The notes: generated from the letters alone by a model not told the origin. Counted from the whole stretch's first letter, positions 12,090-26,103 are shown. The stretch: 63,369 bases of DNA, filler included, from Bonamia ostreae (GCA_040357525.1; 37 parts of 37 records of this genome joined end to end with filler, not necessarily neighbours in it); one strand, 5' to 3'. Program-made: numbers and translations.

Positions 12090-13712
12090 AATCATGTATG
12101 TTTAAAAGTTTAAAAATAAATAAAAAAATAATTACTGATGATGAAAAAATAAGCAAAGAAATTATGGAATATTTTGTAAACATAGGTATAAAAACATCAA
12201 AAAAAATTATAATAAGTGAAAAATTAATTAATCTAAAAAGGAATATTTTGTTAAAGAATTTAAACTTGAGATCTCAAAAAAATAAAAAATTCAGTATATA
12301 CTTATTTAATAATATAACGTTACAAAAATTAAAAAACTTTATTGATGAGCTAAATCCTAAAAAAGCGTGCGGTATAGACAAAATTCACACAAATTGTTTA
12401 AATTCAGTAAGGAAATTAGTTGTGTTTACTTAAATATATTATACGAAAAAATATTAAAAAATAAATCACCAAAATTATTTAATACAGGGCTTATAATTCC
12501 TATTCCAAAAGTAAATAAAGATATAATTGAACCATATAAAATAAGACCAATCTCAATTTTAAGTATATCAAGTAAAATTTTAGAAAAAATTATATTAAAA
12601 GAACTAAAACAATTCTTGAGGATAAACAAACTTGTATCTACAAACCAACATGGGTTCATTGAAAATAAAAATACATACAATAATATTATCAATCTACATG
12701 AAGAAACATTCGGAACATTTAAAAATAAAATTAACATGATAATTGTTTTCTTAGACTTAGAAAAAGCATATGACACAGTAAATCGTGAATTAATGTATAA
12801 AATTCTAAAAAGTATAGGTTTGGATGATAAAATGTTGAAATATTTTAAAAACATTTTATATTATAGATATGCTCAGGTAAAATTTAATAATAAAATATCT
12901 TGTGAACAAAGTTTCAAATACGGATTACCACAAGGTAGCCAGTTATCTCCAGTATTATTCAATATATACATTAACAGTGTATTGGAAAATATTAGTAATG
13001 TAAAAATAAGAGCATATGCGGATGATATATATTTATTCTAAAAATAAAGATATAAATACTTAATAAATGCAATGAATGCTGCAATAAAAACTTTATCAAA
13101 TAGAACAAATACGTTAAACCTCAAATTTTCAGTAGAAAAAAACAAAAGCTATGTTGATTTCAAACTCTATTAAAAAATGTAAAGAACTAATAATATATAA
13201 CAAAAGATAACAGACTAAAGTTTGATAACCACATTGAAAATACACTTAAAAAATGTCGTAAGAGACTATATATTCTAAAATATTTAACAAATGTAGTTAA
13301 AGGCGTTAAAAAAAGAATATTAATAAACTGTTATAAATCATTCATAAGATCTATAATTGACTACTCGTTTCCAATATTTATCTCGTTAACAAAGTAAAGA
13401 TTAAAAAAACTGGAATGCTTTCAGCATACCGCATTAACATATCTGTTATCTATAAACAAAAGGTCTAGATACCTATGTTTAATAAACTCAATAAATGTTT
13501 TATCAATTGAAAAACGAAATACAAAACTTTTATTTAAATATGTTAATAAATATAAAATTGATAAAGCAAAATATGGATTAGTTGATACTTTTTATAGTAA
13601 AATGTCTCCTTTAACTGTCATATGTGAAAAACTAAAAGTTTTACCTAAAATAAACGAAATTAAAAATGTTAAAAAAGAGCTAATTAAAATTCAATTAAAT
13701 GAATTAAAAAAC
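12090..13712 (+). mobile_element. Decayed non-LTR (LINE) retrotransposon reverse transcriptase
   Basis: KACGIDKI, IRPISIL, NQHGF, FLDLEKAYD, GLPQGSQLSPVLFNIY, YADD and a later YKSFIRSIIDYS. Frameshift near 12390; stops and frameshifts after 13041. Confidence 0.95.
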
Positions 13713-13854
13713 NNNNNNNNNNNNNNNNNNNNNNNNNNNNNNNNNNNNNNNNNNNNTTAATTAATTAANNNNNNNNNNNNNNNNNNNNNNNNNNNNNNNN
13801 NNNNNNNNNNNNAAATAGAACAAATTTTGCAATATTTGACAATTTGATTTGAAG

Positions 13855-14598
13855 GACAAATTGATCGACCCTTCATCAATTAGACATGTTTACCCGATCA
13901 CAAAAGACATCGGCTGTTTAGTCACTGGACTTCAAGGTTCTTCCAAAATTTAAAATTCAAACAGCCGACGCGCTGCATCTCATTCGCAGAGCCAGATACG
14001 AAGCAGCAGAGTTCAAATTCAAAAAAGGATTCCCGATTTCCGCTTATTATCTCTCGAAGAGAATGGCTAATTTGGCTCAACTTTGCACACAGCACGCTTA
14101 TATGCGCGCTCTCGGCGTCGTTTTGATTTTCGGTTCTTTTGCGAAAAAAGACGGAGCTGAAATTTATCGCTGTGACCCGACTGGAATTTTTGTTTTATTT
14201 GGCAAATTTTAGGATGGTTTCACGGCCTGTGCCGCCGGCATTAAAGAGCAAGAAGCGATGAGCACATTGGAACAATCTTTAAAAGACGAACCAAAAATGA
14301 CTTTTGAAAAGACGATTGAAGTTTTTTTCGTCTAAAATTTTATATTTAAATAAGATTTATAAAATTTTTGTTCGAAAAATTAGATTTTGTTGTTTTAAAT
14401 GTTTAAAAGTTTTTATTTTCAAAAGATCGCAGTGAATACAATTCAAAAAGTCGCCGGCGCAGATTTGAAAGCGGATGAACTGGAAATTGCTGTTGTGAAC
14501 AAAAACGGGTAAAAAATTTCAAATTGAAAAGATTCAAAGAATATTCGGAAAAAGACATTGAAGAAAGAATCACATTGATTCACGAGTCGAAAGAGTAA
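13855..14598 (+). CDS. PSMA6: 20S proteasome subunit alpha type-6 (alpha1), 5' partial; introns 13937-13964, 14192-14212, 14321-14425, 14509-14531
   Basis: Spliced DKLIDPSSIRHVYPITKDIGCLVTG..RARYEAAEFKFKKG..QHAYMRALGV..IYRCDPTG..AAGIKEQEA..ELEIAVV. Not present in the ORF track. Confidence 0.95.
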
Positions 14599-14734
14599 AT
14601 AAAATGCAATATTTTTTTATTTGGGCTCTCAACAACAACTTCAAATTTTCTAATCGATTTGGCCAAATCGTGAAAACAGAAAAATTAAATTAGATTATTT
14701 GGCCATTTTTGTTCACAAACTTTTTTTAATCTGT

Positions 14735-14950
14735 CGTTTCTTGTTATTTTCGCATGTTCTCTCAGGAGAACCCGCTGTCTCAAGACATTTCTAGAAACAT
14801 CGAGGTCGATAAAAACACAGTCGTCGATTGGTGCCGTTTTTGAGAGAAGTCTCCGTTTTTAATTATGAAAATATCGAAAATAAAATTGGCGGCGAAAATT
14901 TGATAGTTCTGAAATTTGAAATAGACGAATCAGATTTTATTGAAAATTAA
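14735..14950 (+). mobile_element. Merlin/ISXO2 (IS1595-like) DDE transposase remnant
   Basis: NTVVDWCRF(frameshift)REVSVFNYENIENKIGGENLIVLKFEIDESDF matches the T.VDW..F.RE....KIGG....VEIDES motif. Truncated. Confidence 0.75.
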
Positions 14951-17900
14951 TTGTTTTGTAATCGATTTTTACCGATTTTATAATGTTTTTGTTAAAGAAG
15001 TTTTTATTAGTTTTTTGAGATAAAACACAAATATTGAAAATTTTTAAACTAATGCCCGATTGTATAAAGGTTTTTTTAATGCTAATAAAAGCATCTGAAA
15101 AGCTATTTTAAAAGGTTTGCCAAATTTTGCAAAACGCTAAATTTCATCATATTTTAAATTTTTGAAAGATATTTAACATAAAACAGGGAAATATTTCTTC
15201 TAAAAACCACAAAAACAAGCAAAATAATTATTTAAAAATTTGTTAAAAAATAAAATTTAAAGTTTTAGTGAAACTAGAGAGCATCTTGATCCAATTTTAA
15301 GAGAAATGAAAGTAATATCGACAGATTATATTCACGGGATGATTTTAATGGAGCTTTACCAGAAATGTCTAGAAATTCTTGGTGAACCAATACAAAAATC
15401 TCCTTTTGTTAAAATTCCGCATATTTCTTATTTGNNNNNNNNNNNNNNNNNNNNNNNNNNNNNNNNNNNNNNNNNNNNTTAATTAATTAANNNNNNNNNN
15501 NNNNNNNNNNNNNNNNNNNNNNNNNNNNNNNNNNTATATAATGTAGATATAATGCCTCCACCCACAATTGAATAAAATGAACTACCCCAACCCATGTGAT
15601 ATTCTCATGTGAATTAAACAAAAATAAACTCCAAAATGTGGTAAATTGTGATCGCGTTGTATTTGTTATCAAATAAAAACCATCAATGCAGTTTGCAAGA
15701 TGTTTAAATATAGACCTCAAAAGATGAGATTAATTCTTATGCCTTACTCTGAACCCATTATGATGTGAACATACTTTGGTTTGCACGGTTTCTTCCGTTA
15801 GAGATCCGCTCCTCTCAAATCCTCATGCGCGCCGGATATAACATTCAAGTTATCTCCGTTTAAAAATTCCGCATTGTTTTGTCATTTTTACCAATTTATC
15901 AATTATTCAATCGTAATTATAATAGATTAAAAAATTTCAAATATGAAAACTACATGTATGTACAGTAACGTACAATGTATATTATATTAAGAGCATGAGA
16001 CAGCTCTCATCGGATTAGCAAGCATTTCAGGACAAGAAATCGAGTTCATAATCATTTTAACTGTATATTGTAGAATAGATAGATATAGATATTTCTTCGC
16101 AACACATTCAGTTAAAAATGCGGGGAAATAACACGGATTAAATGTTTGCACAGCATTTAATTCATGTGGCTTATCTCATGTATGGAATGATCAATTTCAA
16201 TCTTGTATGAACACCAATGGATTACTGTTGCTGTAAATCAAAAACGTAAAAGACCAGTGTATACAAAAGAACCATAGAAATATTTATAAAAGGTTTCTTC
16301 TAGAAATCATATTTAAAGTTTTGATGTGAAATATACTGAACTATTTTATTTAAGAATTTAAGAAATTTATTGTGAAGTTTCGAACATCAACGTTCAGTAG
16401 GTGTTGAGAAATGAATGTGTACTCCGTTAAATAATAGAGTATTTACACATTGTAATTCAAAGCAAGTTTCCGACCAAGTTCACTTTCAGTTTTGTCAAGT
16501 AAACGTAACACTATTTGAACAAAATATACTTCTAGGCTAATAACCCAAGTGTAGTGAAATGTTCAGATTTGATGTTAAAATCCTGTGAAATCACTGAAGA
16601 CACTATACAATGTACAATGTATATTCTTAAAATCTACGACAATTTGGTATGTCTTCCATTACTTATCTATTTACATGCACCCTATTATTATTACTTCTGA
16701 GTTCTGATCATTACATACATGTATCTTTACTGTACCTCATACACTATACATGTACATGCCCTTATAGTTTGACGAATACAAGTTGCAAATGAAACTTAGG
16801 ATTGGCTCATTTAATCATGTATCATGTTTGGATATGCCATCTATCAAGTACATGTAGGTAATGGACCAATACCTCCAATAACCAGTTTACGCTTCAATTC
16901 TTTCACTCTTTATCTTATTCACCCTAAGTCGTCTCCACGCAGGTCTTTTCCTTCTTGATTCTTGGTCATTTCACTCATGTTTCGTTAAGAAAATGTTCGT
17001 CGTTGTTATATTTTGCTCATTTATTCATAGATGTAAATGTGCGAACTTGAAACGGAGAGAATTCAAATGCACTCGTTTGTTGGAAATAGCAGTAAAAGGT
17101 TTAATGCAAATTGAAACAGCGAAATCTGGGGGGCAATATGCTTGGGTAAAAACANNNNNNNNNNNNNNNNNNNNNNNNNNNNNNNNNNNNNNNNNNNNTT
17201 AATTAATTAANNNNNNNNNNNNNNNNNNNNNNNNNNNNNNNNNNNNNNNNNNNNTGTATGTCTGTTTGCAAGGATGTTGGTATAGGTACGGTAGCTCCCA
17301 TTGATTGGGATATCAAATTTGTTTAACACTGAAGCGTGTTTTTGAAGACTTTCGTTTTTAAAAGAAGGAGCTTGGAGTATGAGTTAGAATACTAGATGTG
17401 CAAATATAGCTAATTTCGTTGAAATATTGATCATGAGATTAGTATTTTAGGTGCCTTGGGCTTCCATGACCTCAACCGTCACATAAAAAAATCGACATTC
17501 AGGGTCCATCTCAACATTTCAGTCGAGAAATGTTATCATATGATCTTGTTTTTTTAAAAAGAAAATATACTTTAAATTATTGATGAAAGGTATGTAAATG
17601 GGGCTATTGAACTAGTGAAAATTCATTATTACATTTCAATGTTACATTCAACATGCTGAAGGAAAAGATAATGATCATGTATTGCTTTGTGTAGCCTCAC
17701 GTTCTTTGGATTCTTATATATATGTCCGACACATTTTGCATATTTTCTACTTCATCACAACAATACCGTTCCATTAAGATACAACTTGGTTAATTATGAA
17801 AAAATGTAGTCTTTAAATTTGTCCCAATAATGACTAATATAATTCTTTGTGTCTTTACTGGTTGACATTGTAAAGAGTTACCATAAATACAATGATGATT

Positions 17901-18100
17901 AGAAGATATACAAAACATCATAAACATTTCGAATAATATGTACTACATGTTTACAGTCCAGGAAATAACGTATTCTAAACATTCCATCAATTGGTAAAAA
18001 TTAAACATGGCAGCTGACAAGATAAAGCGAATGTAATCCTTCGAATTCAACTGATACTTGCTTTAGATTTGGTAAAATGCAAATCAGAAATCCATATCAT

Positions 18101-18516
18101 TTAACGATAATAGAAGGGCCAAAATGTGTTCATGTGCTCCACCCCTTTTTCAATCACGGATATGTTAAATTCCTGAAGAATTTTATCAATTTTGCACACA
18201 AATGTTCCTGACTCAAATTTCCTTTTAGCAAATGCGATTCCAAGAGGCTTTAATTTGTCTTCGGTTCTGTCTTTTAAAAACACACCAGATCCAGAATCTC
18301 CCTCGTCGAAAAAAATGCCGTTCTCTTTATCACCAATAACGTAACAGTTTTCGAATGTTTGGTAGACATTATACTTCTTTGACGTTACACGGACAGATTC
18401 TCCTACACTCATTAAAATTCCTACAGTTCCGTTAGTTGTTCGGCCTCTTTTGTGAACCTCCTCGCTGCCATCATACCGTAAAGAGGTTTCATGGGCAATC
18501 TCTAGAACAGTGTGTT
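18101..18516 (-). CDS. Terminal exon of a trypsin-like peptidase-domain protein (animal host)
   Basis: VHKRGRTTNGTVG...FFDEGDSGSGVF...LGIAFA, with a TTTCAG acceptor at 18517. Confidence 0.65.
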
Positions 18517-19193
18517 CTGAAAGTATAGAAATAAAGATATAGTACTTTACATTATATATTGTTGGCCAATACAAGTTATCTGCTTGATGGTATTTTTACA
18601 TATTATGAATGGAGATAGAAAAACCTTTTTTATTTGTGGATTGAGCAAGCTGTTTCAACTGCTAAAACAGAAACATCATTGATATTCTTTAGTGATGTTT
18701 ATTAGATAAATATATAGTGACATTAATAAACAGACGCCAAAATTAATAAAGGAAAATATAAATGTTTGTTTTGTACAGATTGGTTACATATACTTAGATG
18801 ACAATGTGATATCATTTATCATTATAATGAATCTTATAAAATATATAGATAGAGAGGTGAAGATAACAACAGTNNNNNNNNNNNNNNNNNNNNNNNNNNN
18901 NNNNNNNNNNNNNNNNNTTAATTAATTAANNNNNNNNNNNNNNNNNNNNNNNNNNNNNNNNNNNNNNNNNNNNTAATTTGATATTTTGACTATTTTTAAA
19001 TTATAGGTTTATATTTTTTTATAATTTCAACATTTTAAAAAGAAGGATTTGAAAAAAAGACAAAAGGCAGTCCCAAAACATTTTACTCAGTCTTCGGAGG
19101 ATTAATTTTTTCAAATGATGCTCTTCTGATCTTCTTTTAATTAAATTTTGTCTATTTTCCAAAACTTTCAATTTAATAAAATGTTCAATGCGT

Positions 19194-20538
19194 TTATTTT
19201 CCACTCTTAATTTTCGCCAACTTTTTACAACTTTCCGCCATTTTTGCGAGCTCTTTTTTCTTATCTTCAACTTTTTCCAGAATTTCGATCTTTATTTTTT
19301 CTGGCACCTTCTTTGCTCCATCTGAACAAACAACTGAAGCCTTCTTCTCTAATGCTTCGAGTTGGATTTCAACCTTCTTTTTTCTTTTCGTCATCTTTTC
19401 TAATTGTTTATCGACATCGATCATATTCTTCAAAGTTTAATTTTTATCGTTTTTGAGAAGGCGAAAAATTAATAAAAAGAAGGACAAAAAATCGTTTAAA
19501 ACGACAAAAAATTATAAAAATCAAAAAATTTGAAATTAAGAAGGACCAAACAATCTTAAATAGAAAACAGATAGCTGAAGATGGACAGTTATATCAGAGG
19601 TGACAATATCGTTAGAGCAGTCGCGAAAATTAGTTCCATCGTCAAAATCAGAATCGACCACTTCAACGTTTGCCACCTTTCCCAAGACGGAGATGACTTG
19701 TTCAGCTTCTCTCAATGTTTTAATATTTTTTGCCGTTTTTATGAAAACTTTTTCCAATTGCTATTTTTAGATTTGAAAACTTTGTTTCCGAGCTCGAAAG
19801 CCATTCGAGAAGATCTTATCGATTTGACTATTAGAAAAGCCAATTCCATTTTTTCTTCTGTTTCTCGAAAAACAAATTTTTCGTTCGGAAGCGGAAATTG
19901 GGATAACATGATCGATTCCAAATTTTGACTAAAATTGGTTAATAAATTTAGTCTTTGATAAAGTTCTTCCGTCAAGAATGGCATAAACGGATGGAAAAGT
20001 TTTAATGCTCTTTCTATTACAAAAAAGAGCACTTTCGAGGAATATTTTTTGTTTTCGTTTTCACTGTAAAAAATCGCTTTTGTCAATTCCTTTTCGCATT
20101 TTTTTGTTAATTTGAAAATTTTAAAAAATATTTCGAAAAAATTAAAATTTTAATAAATTAATTCGAAAAATTACAAAAAATTATTTCGATTCAGAAAATT
20201 TCAAAAAAATATTTCGAAAAAAATAATTTCAGAAAATTACAAAAAATTATTCAATTCAGAAAATTTCAAAAAAATATTTCGAAAAAATTAATTTCAAAAA
20301 ATTATTTCAAAAAAATTGGCAAAACCAAATAGACATCACAAAGTTCCTTTAACCAAAAATCATAAATTCGAAGAGCCGCTGCGTTAAGATCGAACGTCGA
20401 GAAATTTTGATTGATTTGTTTTTCTGTGTTGTAAAGTTTTGTGAGAATCCATTTGTCTTCTAAAGACAAAAATTTTACCAAATCTTTTGATAATTTTGTT
20501 TTTAAATGTTCTTTATTTTCTTTTAACTTTTTTGTCAT
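19194..20538 (-). CDS. VARS: Valyl-tRNA synthetase, anticodon-binding and coiled-coil C-terminus; introns include 20090-20325 and 19761-19780
   Basis: DKWIL..., IYDFWLKELCDVYL|ELTK, ALKLFHPFMPFLTEELYQRL, and C-terminal IDVDKQLEK...KVPEKIK. Confidence 0.93.
20120..20312. repeat. Intronic degenerate tandem repeat (AAAAAATATTTCGAAAAAA core, longer unit ~66 bp)
   Basis: The block GAAAATTACAAAAAATTATT...TTCAGAAAATTTCAAAAAAATATTTCGAAAAAA occurs twice inside the ValRS intron. Confidence 0.8.
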
Positions 20539-20793
20539 AATTTTTATTTAACAAAATGAAAAATCAATATAAAAAAAAAAAATAAAATAANNNNNNNNNN
20601 NNNNNNNNNNNNNNNNNNNNNNNNNNNNNNNNNNTTAATTAATTAANNNNNNNNNNNNNNNNNNNNNNNNNNNNNNNNNNNNNNNNNNNNAAAAAAAAAA
20701 TTAAACAAAAAAAATTAAAACAATCAATTAATTTTATTAAAAAATGCAAAAATTTTATAAAAATCGATTAAATAGCTAAAAAAATGCAAAATT

Positions 20794-22307
20794 TTAAAAA
20801 ACATGAAAGAACTCAAATAATTTTGTAAAATCGTTTGACAAAAGAAATTTTGAATATTTTAACACATTTTCTTCAAAATCTAGTAAATTTTGTTTTAACA
20901 AATTATCCAAATTTTTTCTTCGTTTCCACCATTGTTGTTTTTGATCGCGAGTTTTCATATTTGGTGCAGATTTAGTCAAATCAATGTTTTCTTTCATAAT
21001 TTGTTCATATCGTTTTAACACATTTTCCATTTCGTTTTCATTTGTGTTTTCGGCAATTGGTATTTCCAAAACGACTTAATATAATTAATAATTTCGTTTT
21101 GTTATTTTTGTAAAAAGTTTAAGTACTTTTAATATAATTAATGATTTCTTTTTGTTATTACTAAACTAATAAAAACGAGGAAAATATTCATCGCTACCAA
21201 TTAAATCAACATCAATTCTTGTAACAGTCAGGAAAAAATTATTTTCGAAACTGTCGTAAAAAACGAGTTCGCATTTTTCGTACTCAAAAAAATAGAGAAC
21301 CAAATTTTTCGGAAAATTTGACAATAATTTTTTAACTTGTCTTTCTTCAAAATCCATTTCAGCCGAAAATTTTATTGAATCGTCTTTGGACAACATGAAC
21401 GAACTCTTAAAGAATTCGTTCAAATAGAACAAATAAGAAAAATATTCTTTTTGGGCCAAATAAATTTTAGCCAAAAATCGAAAAATTTTCGATTTTATTG
21501 TATAAAAATGAATTTGCGACAAATCGCAAAATTGAATCGCTTTTTTTAAAAGTTTAATCGATTCTTCGAAATTTTTCGATTTTTGAAAATTATATTTTGC
21601 GCGATAAAAGCAGTTTTCTGCTTTTGTAAAAACATTTGTCGTTTTTTCATATTTTGTTTTTTGCAACTGTCAATAATTTTAAAAAACGATTTCTAAAATG
21701 TTTTCGACGAACGGAAAATCTTCCGCAAAAATTTTTATTTTTCTGCAAAACAGCGATTTTATTAAAACTGTTTCAAATTTTATCAATTTTGCGATTTTAT
21801 CGCAAATCTTTGAAAAATCAAATTTCGATAATTTTGTTCCAAAAATTTTTTTCATTACATCTTTCAATATAATTTTATCAAATCTTAAAAGTCCGAAAAT
21901 TTTAAGTTGGATTTTAAGCTCGAAATCGATAAACAAATCGATATCATTAATTTTTCCGCAAACAGAAAATTTATTTTTGTTGACATAATTGTTTAAATCT
22001 TCGCTAAAATTCAGTTTTTTTATGTCAATTTGTTTTATTGATAAGTCAAAAATGTTTTTGTATCTGCGACAATTCAGATTTTTCGACAATTCTGACGCTT
22101 TTGTAAAAACGGATATTGCTCTAATATAATCGCCATTTCTTTCGTAAATAAGACCGAGCTGTAAAAACGATTTTAATTGAATTTTTGTAAATTTGAGTTT
22201 TTTGAAGTTTTTTGTTCCGTTTTTAAAGAAAAGATAATTTTCTACAAATTTTTTGTCGTTTGTAGATAAAATTGAGTTTGCGAGCGATAAAGATTTTTTT
22301 AGGCAAT
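20794..22307 (-). CDS. ESPL1: Separase (peptidase C50) internal fragment; 21-nt intron 21667-21687
   Basis: QWWKRRKNLDNLLKQNLLDFEENVL matches the separase WW..R..LD..L...L...E..L motif, preceded by TPR-like helices. Confidence 0.75.
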
Positions 22308-22471
22308 NNNNNNNNNNNNNNNNNNNNNNNNNNNNNNNNNNNNNNNNNNNNTTAATTAATTAANNNNNNNNNNNNNNNNNNNNNNNNNNNNNNNNNNNNN
22401 NNNNNNNCATTTTTAATAACATTTCAAATTGCAAACGTTTATTGTTAAAAAAAAGAAACAATAAAATTTAG

Positions 22472-23906
22472 CCAGCCAGAAAAAATTCCAAAACAAATCG
22501 AAAAAATGAAACAACAAATCGGAATTTATTTCTTCAAAATTTTGTTCAAAAACTTTTATTTTGAAAATCATTTTGACAACATAAAAGGATTCTTCTTGTT
22601 GTCGAACGGCGATTTTATCAACAATCTTTTAAATTTAGCCAAGTTTTAAAAATTCCAAATTTTTCACAGAGACGAAATGTTTAAGAATTCAAATTCTGTT
22701 AAAGCAGAAGCTTTAGATCCGTTAATACAAAAATCTTTATTAACAGTTTAAACATTAAAATTTAGCATTTATATACGAACGACAAAAAGGAAATTCAAAA
22801 TGAATTTAACCTTCGATTTTTCAAACTACAAGTTTTTATTTTTTATTATCGATATTTGTTCAAAAATTTTGTTATCGATTTTCAAAAATTTTGTTATAGA
22901 TTTTATTCAAAAATTTTGTTATCGATTTTATTCAAAATTTTGTAATCGATTTTATTCAAAAATTTTGTTATCGATTCGCGTCTAAAAATTTATCGACAAA
23001 GAATAAAGACAGCATCACAGTTTTAGACATTTTCTGCTTTACATACGATCTCAACCCAAAAAATCCACTAAAAATCATTTTCGACGATTCGTCTTTATCA
23101 AAAGTTTGAAAATTTTTCTAATAATTAAAATTCACTTTCCACAAATTAGTACAAAACAATTTTCAATTTTCTGTGGAAATTCAAATTTGCCCAAAAATTA
23201 ATGTCGGCGCAATTTGCAATAAACAGCGAAATATCGAAACGATTTTTGTCTTTCAAAGGACCAAAAGTTCAACATTTTTTAAGTCCTTTCACAAAATTTT
23301 CTGATCAAAAAAATTTTAGACAGAAAAAATAAACGGCGCAAACACAATATTATCCAAATTCGTCTTTAATGCGACAATTTTGCTCAATAGAATTTCAAAA
23401 CTGCTTTTTTATGGCGCTGTCGAAACTTCTTGCAAAAACTTTTTAACCAAATGCAAAACTGTTCACTCAAATCTGATAAACTTAACAACTATAAAATTTA
23501 ACCAAATGGCATTTTGACATTACTAAAAATAAAGTCGGTGACAATAACAGATTTGAAAGAAAATCACTTAAAATTTTTAAACGATTTGGAAAAAGTTTTA
23601 TAAGAAAAATTAAGATAATTTTCGGGGGAAAACAAATGTTTCATATTGTAATCTGCATCGTCCAATCAGTTATTCATCTCTTCAAACATTGCGCTGCATT
23701 GAAAAATCTGGTCAATTCTTACAAATTTTTAGGTTTGAATTGCGATTTAAAAAGAGAATGACGAATTTGAGACAAAGTTGGAAAAGATAATTTTGTCGGT
23801 GGAAGAAAATCAAAGATCTTTTATCAAGTTTGCGATGGCAGTCGAATCTTTGATGAAGGATAATAAAAAATATTTTTGCTATTTTACATTTTCGTTTGAA
23901 TTGTAA
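22472..23906 (+). CDS. Gamma-tubulin complex component (Spc97/Spc98 family), C-terminal half, multiple micro-introns
   Basis: HFDNIKGFFLLSNGDFINNLL, DIFCFTYDL..PLKIIF, YKTIFNFLWKFK, DLKENHLKFLNDL. Introns 22643-22669, 22746-22765, 22832-23001 and others. Missed by the ORF track. Confidence 0.8.
22846..22976. repeat. Intronic ~22-24-bp minisatellite (CAAAAATTTTGTTATCGATTTTATT), ~5 copies
   Basis: Tandem imperfect copies inside intron 22832-23001. Confidence 0.85.
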
Positions 23907-24329
23907 TAACGGCATTTTGGTCCACAAAAAAACTTCAATTCGGCCACAAAAATTTTCATCTTTGTCATAAAAATATTTTCCTCAAAAAACTTCAATGACA
24001 GAAATAGTTTCATCTTTGTCTCTNNNNNNNNNNNNNNNNNNNNNNNNNNNNNNNNNNNNNNNNNNNNTTAATTAATTAANNNNNNNNNNNNNNNNNNNNN
24101 NNNNNNNNNNNNNNNNNNNNNNNAGAGAGAGAGAGAGATGTTACTACTGAATATCCCTACGCAAATATAAGTATGCTTTTTATTTGCAATTTGTGAAAAA
24201 TATTTTAATCAAGTAATCAAAGAAATATTTATATTTGGTTAAAAACCTTACTGTTGTCAATGGCCATGTGTGCAATTTGTCTTACAGAAGTGTATTTGTT
24301 GAGAAAACAGTTTTTCAAAACCTGTCAGT

Positions 24330-24925
24330 TCTGAGTAGCTGTTTCCAAAGATCCCGGAATTGGGGTGGGAGTTCTATAAACATATAATGTACGTTCCCTT
24401 TGTCTTAAAGATGCTCATACCAAATTCGAAATGAAATTGAAATCTTAGTTATCAATAAGAAGTTTTAAAAAGTTGAATATTTAACATTTAATCTCTATGG
24501 CCATTTTGTCTCGTTCGTGATACTAATACTCTACCCCTGGAATCATGAAAGTTACTTAGGTAAACGTCTGCTTACTACTTTTAAATATCCATTTAAATTC
24601 AATCTATTCGTAATAGGCAAACATGACACTTAAATATGTCACAAAAACGATATCTGCCAAGTTTGGTCCCATTCTGGAGTCATAACCCCTTCCTTAATAT
24701 CATGAAATTAAAGACATTGATACATGTAAAGACATTTCTCTTTTACATGATTACTCATTTAGTTTTTATTGCAAATATGCAGTTGTAGAGAAGACGATAT
24801 TTCAATAATTGTCGATTTATGGCAGTTTCTATCCGCCACTTAGGCCCAATGGTGCAGAAGTCCATATTGTAACAGTTTATCCCCATGCCCTAGAAATGCT
24901 TAATACCAAAGTTCAAAACAATTAG
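24330..24925 (+). mobile_element. Degenerate oyster-type non-autonomous Helitron/Helentron with Cg170-like internal repeats
   Basis: TTTGGTCCC...AACCCC...ATCATGAAATT...CATTTAGTTTTT...GCAGTTGTAGAGAAGA and ATGCT..TACCAAA motifs resemble, from memory, the Crassostrea Cg170/Helitron-N repeat. Not database-verified. Confidence 0.6.
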
Positions 24926-26103
24926 AAAACAAATATACAAACGTATTAGCAATCTAGCAAGACAACCTTCAAGAATTTTGAGTTTTATAATTACTTCCGC
25001 AAACACGTCTTTTGCCTTTTAAGCTTGTACGCACTGTATTCATTCACAAATCAAACGAAAACATAACAATGATTTTCAGATAGAAGAAAATATCCAGTTT
25101 GCTGATGTACAGAGATGCAAGTTAAGCTCATGGTTAATGAAAGTTGCAAAATACTAACACTTGTCTCTTAAATTCCGCTTTACAGAGTAGTTAACCAGAG
25201 TGAATTTTATCATTGCAATGGATTTAGACTATTGTAAAGACATTCTTCAATTCGAGCAGAGAGACCACATTTACCTTTATTTTCAACATGGGCAATCGTT
25301 CCGTCATCTTTGTCTGCCTTTTCCTCTTTATCTTTCAGACTCTGTATGCATTCCTCATTAACTCTGTTTTCCTCTATCGGATGAGATTAAGACGTAAATT
25401 GAAAATTGTTAAGATGTTTTCATTATGTATTTATCATATTTTACTAACGTCTATCAGGGTAAATCAAATGACAGATAGTTTTTAAAATAGAGGATATGAT
25501 GATGCAAAATACTTAATAGCATAACTCAAAGCCGTAATGACACAAAAATAGCATTTGAAAACGTTTTATATTATGAAAAAAAATACTGTTGTTATGACTA
25601 TAACATTATAATGACTTCACAACACAGAAGGAGTCATTTTGAGCATAATATTCTGACGTGATACAAAGAATTTACGTTAACCTATGAAGTGTATATCTAA
25701 ATGAACGAGTGAAACAATTTTTCTTTTTCCCTTCTTTCNNNNNNNNNNNNNNNNNNNNNNNNNNNNNNNNNNNNNNNNNNNNTTAATTAATTAANNNNNN
25801 NNNNNNNNNNNNNNNNNNNNNNNNNNNNNNNNNNNNNNGATATGTCGTCTTAGCATTAAGAACTTTTATAATTTAAACGCCCCCACAGAAGACAGTTTCA
25901 GGGAGGGAACACTAATGCTTCTAATCGCTTCAATTTGGGTCTGATATTGTAGATATTATAAAACGTGTTCAATTTGCGCCTGAATTTTGATCTTTCGAAT
26001 GTTCGATGATTAAATAAATTTGAAAACTCAATTTTAAGCTTTGGACATTAAACTATTTTTAGGTTCAAGTTATGAATTTTATTTGTTTCGAACAATTAAA
26101 ATT

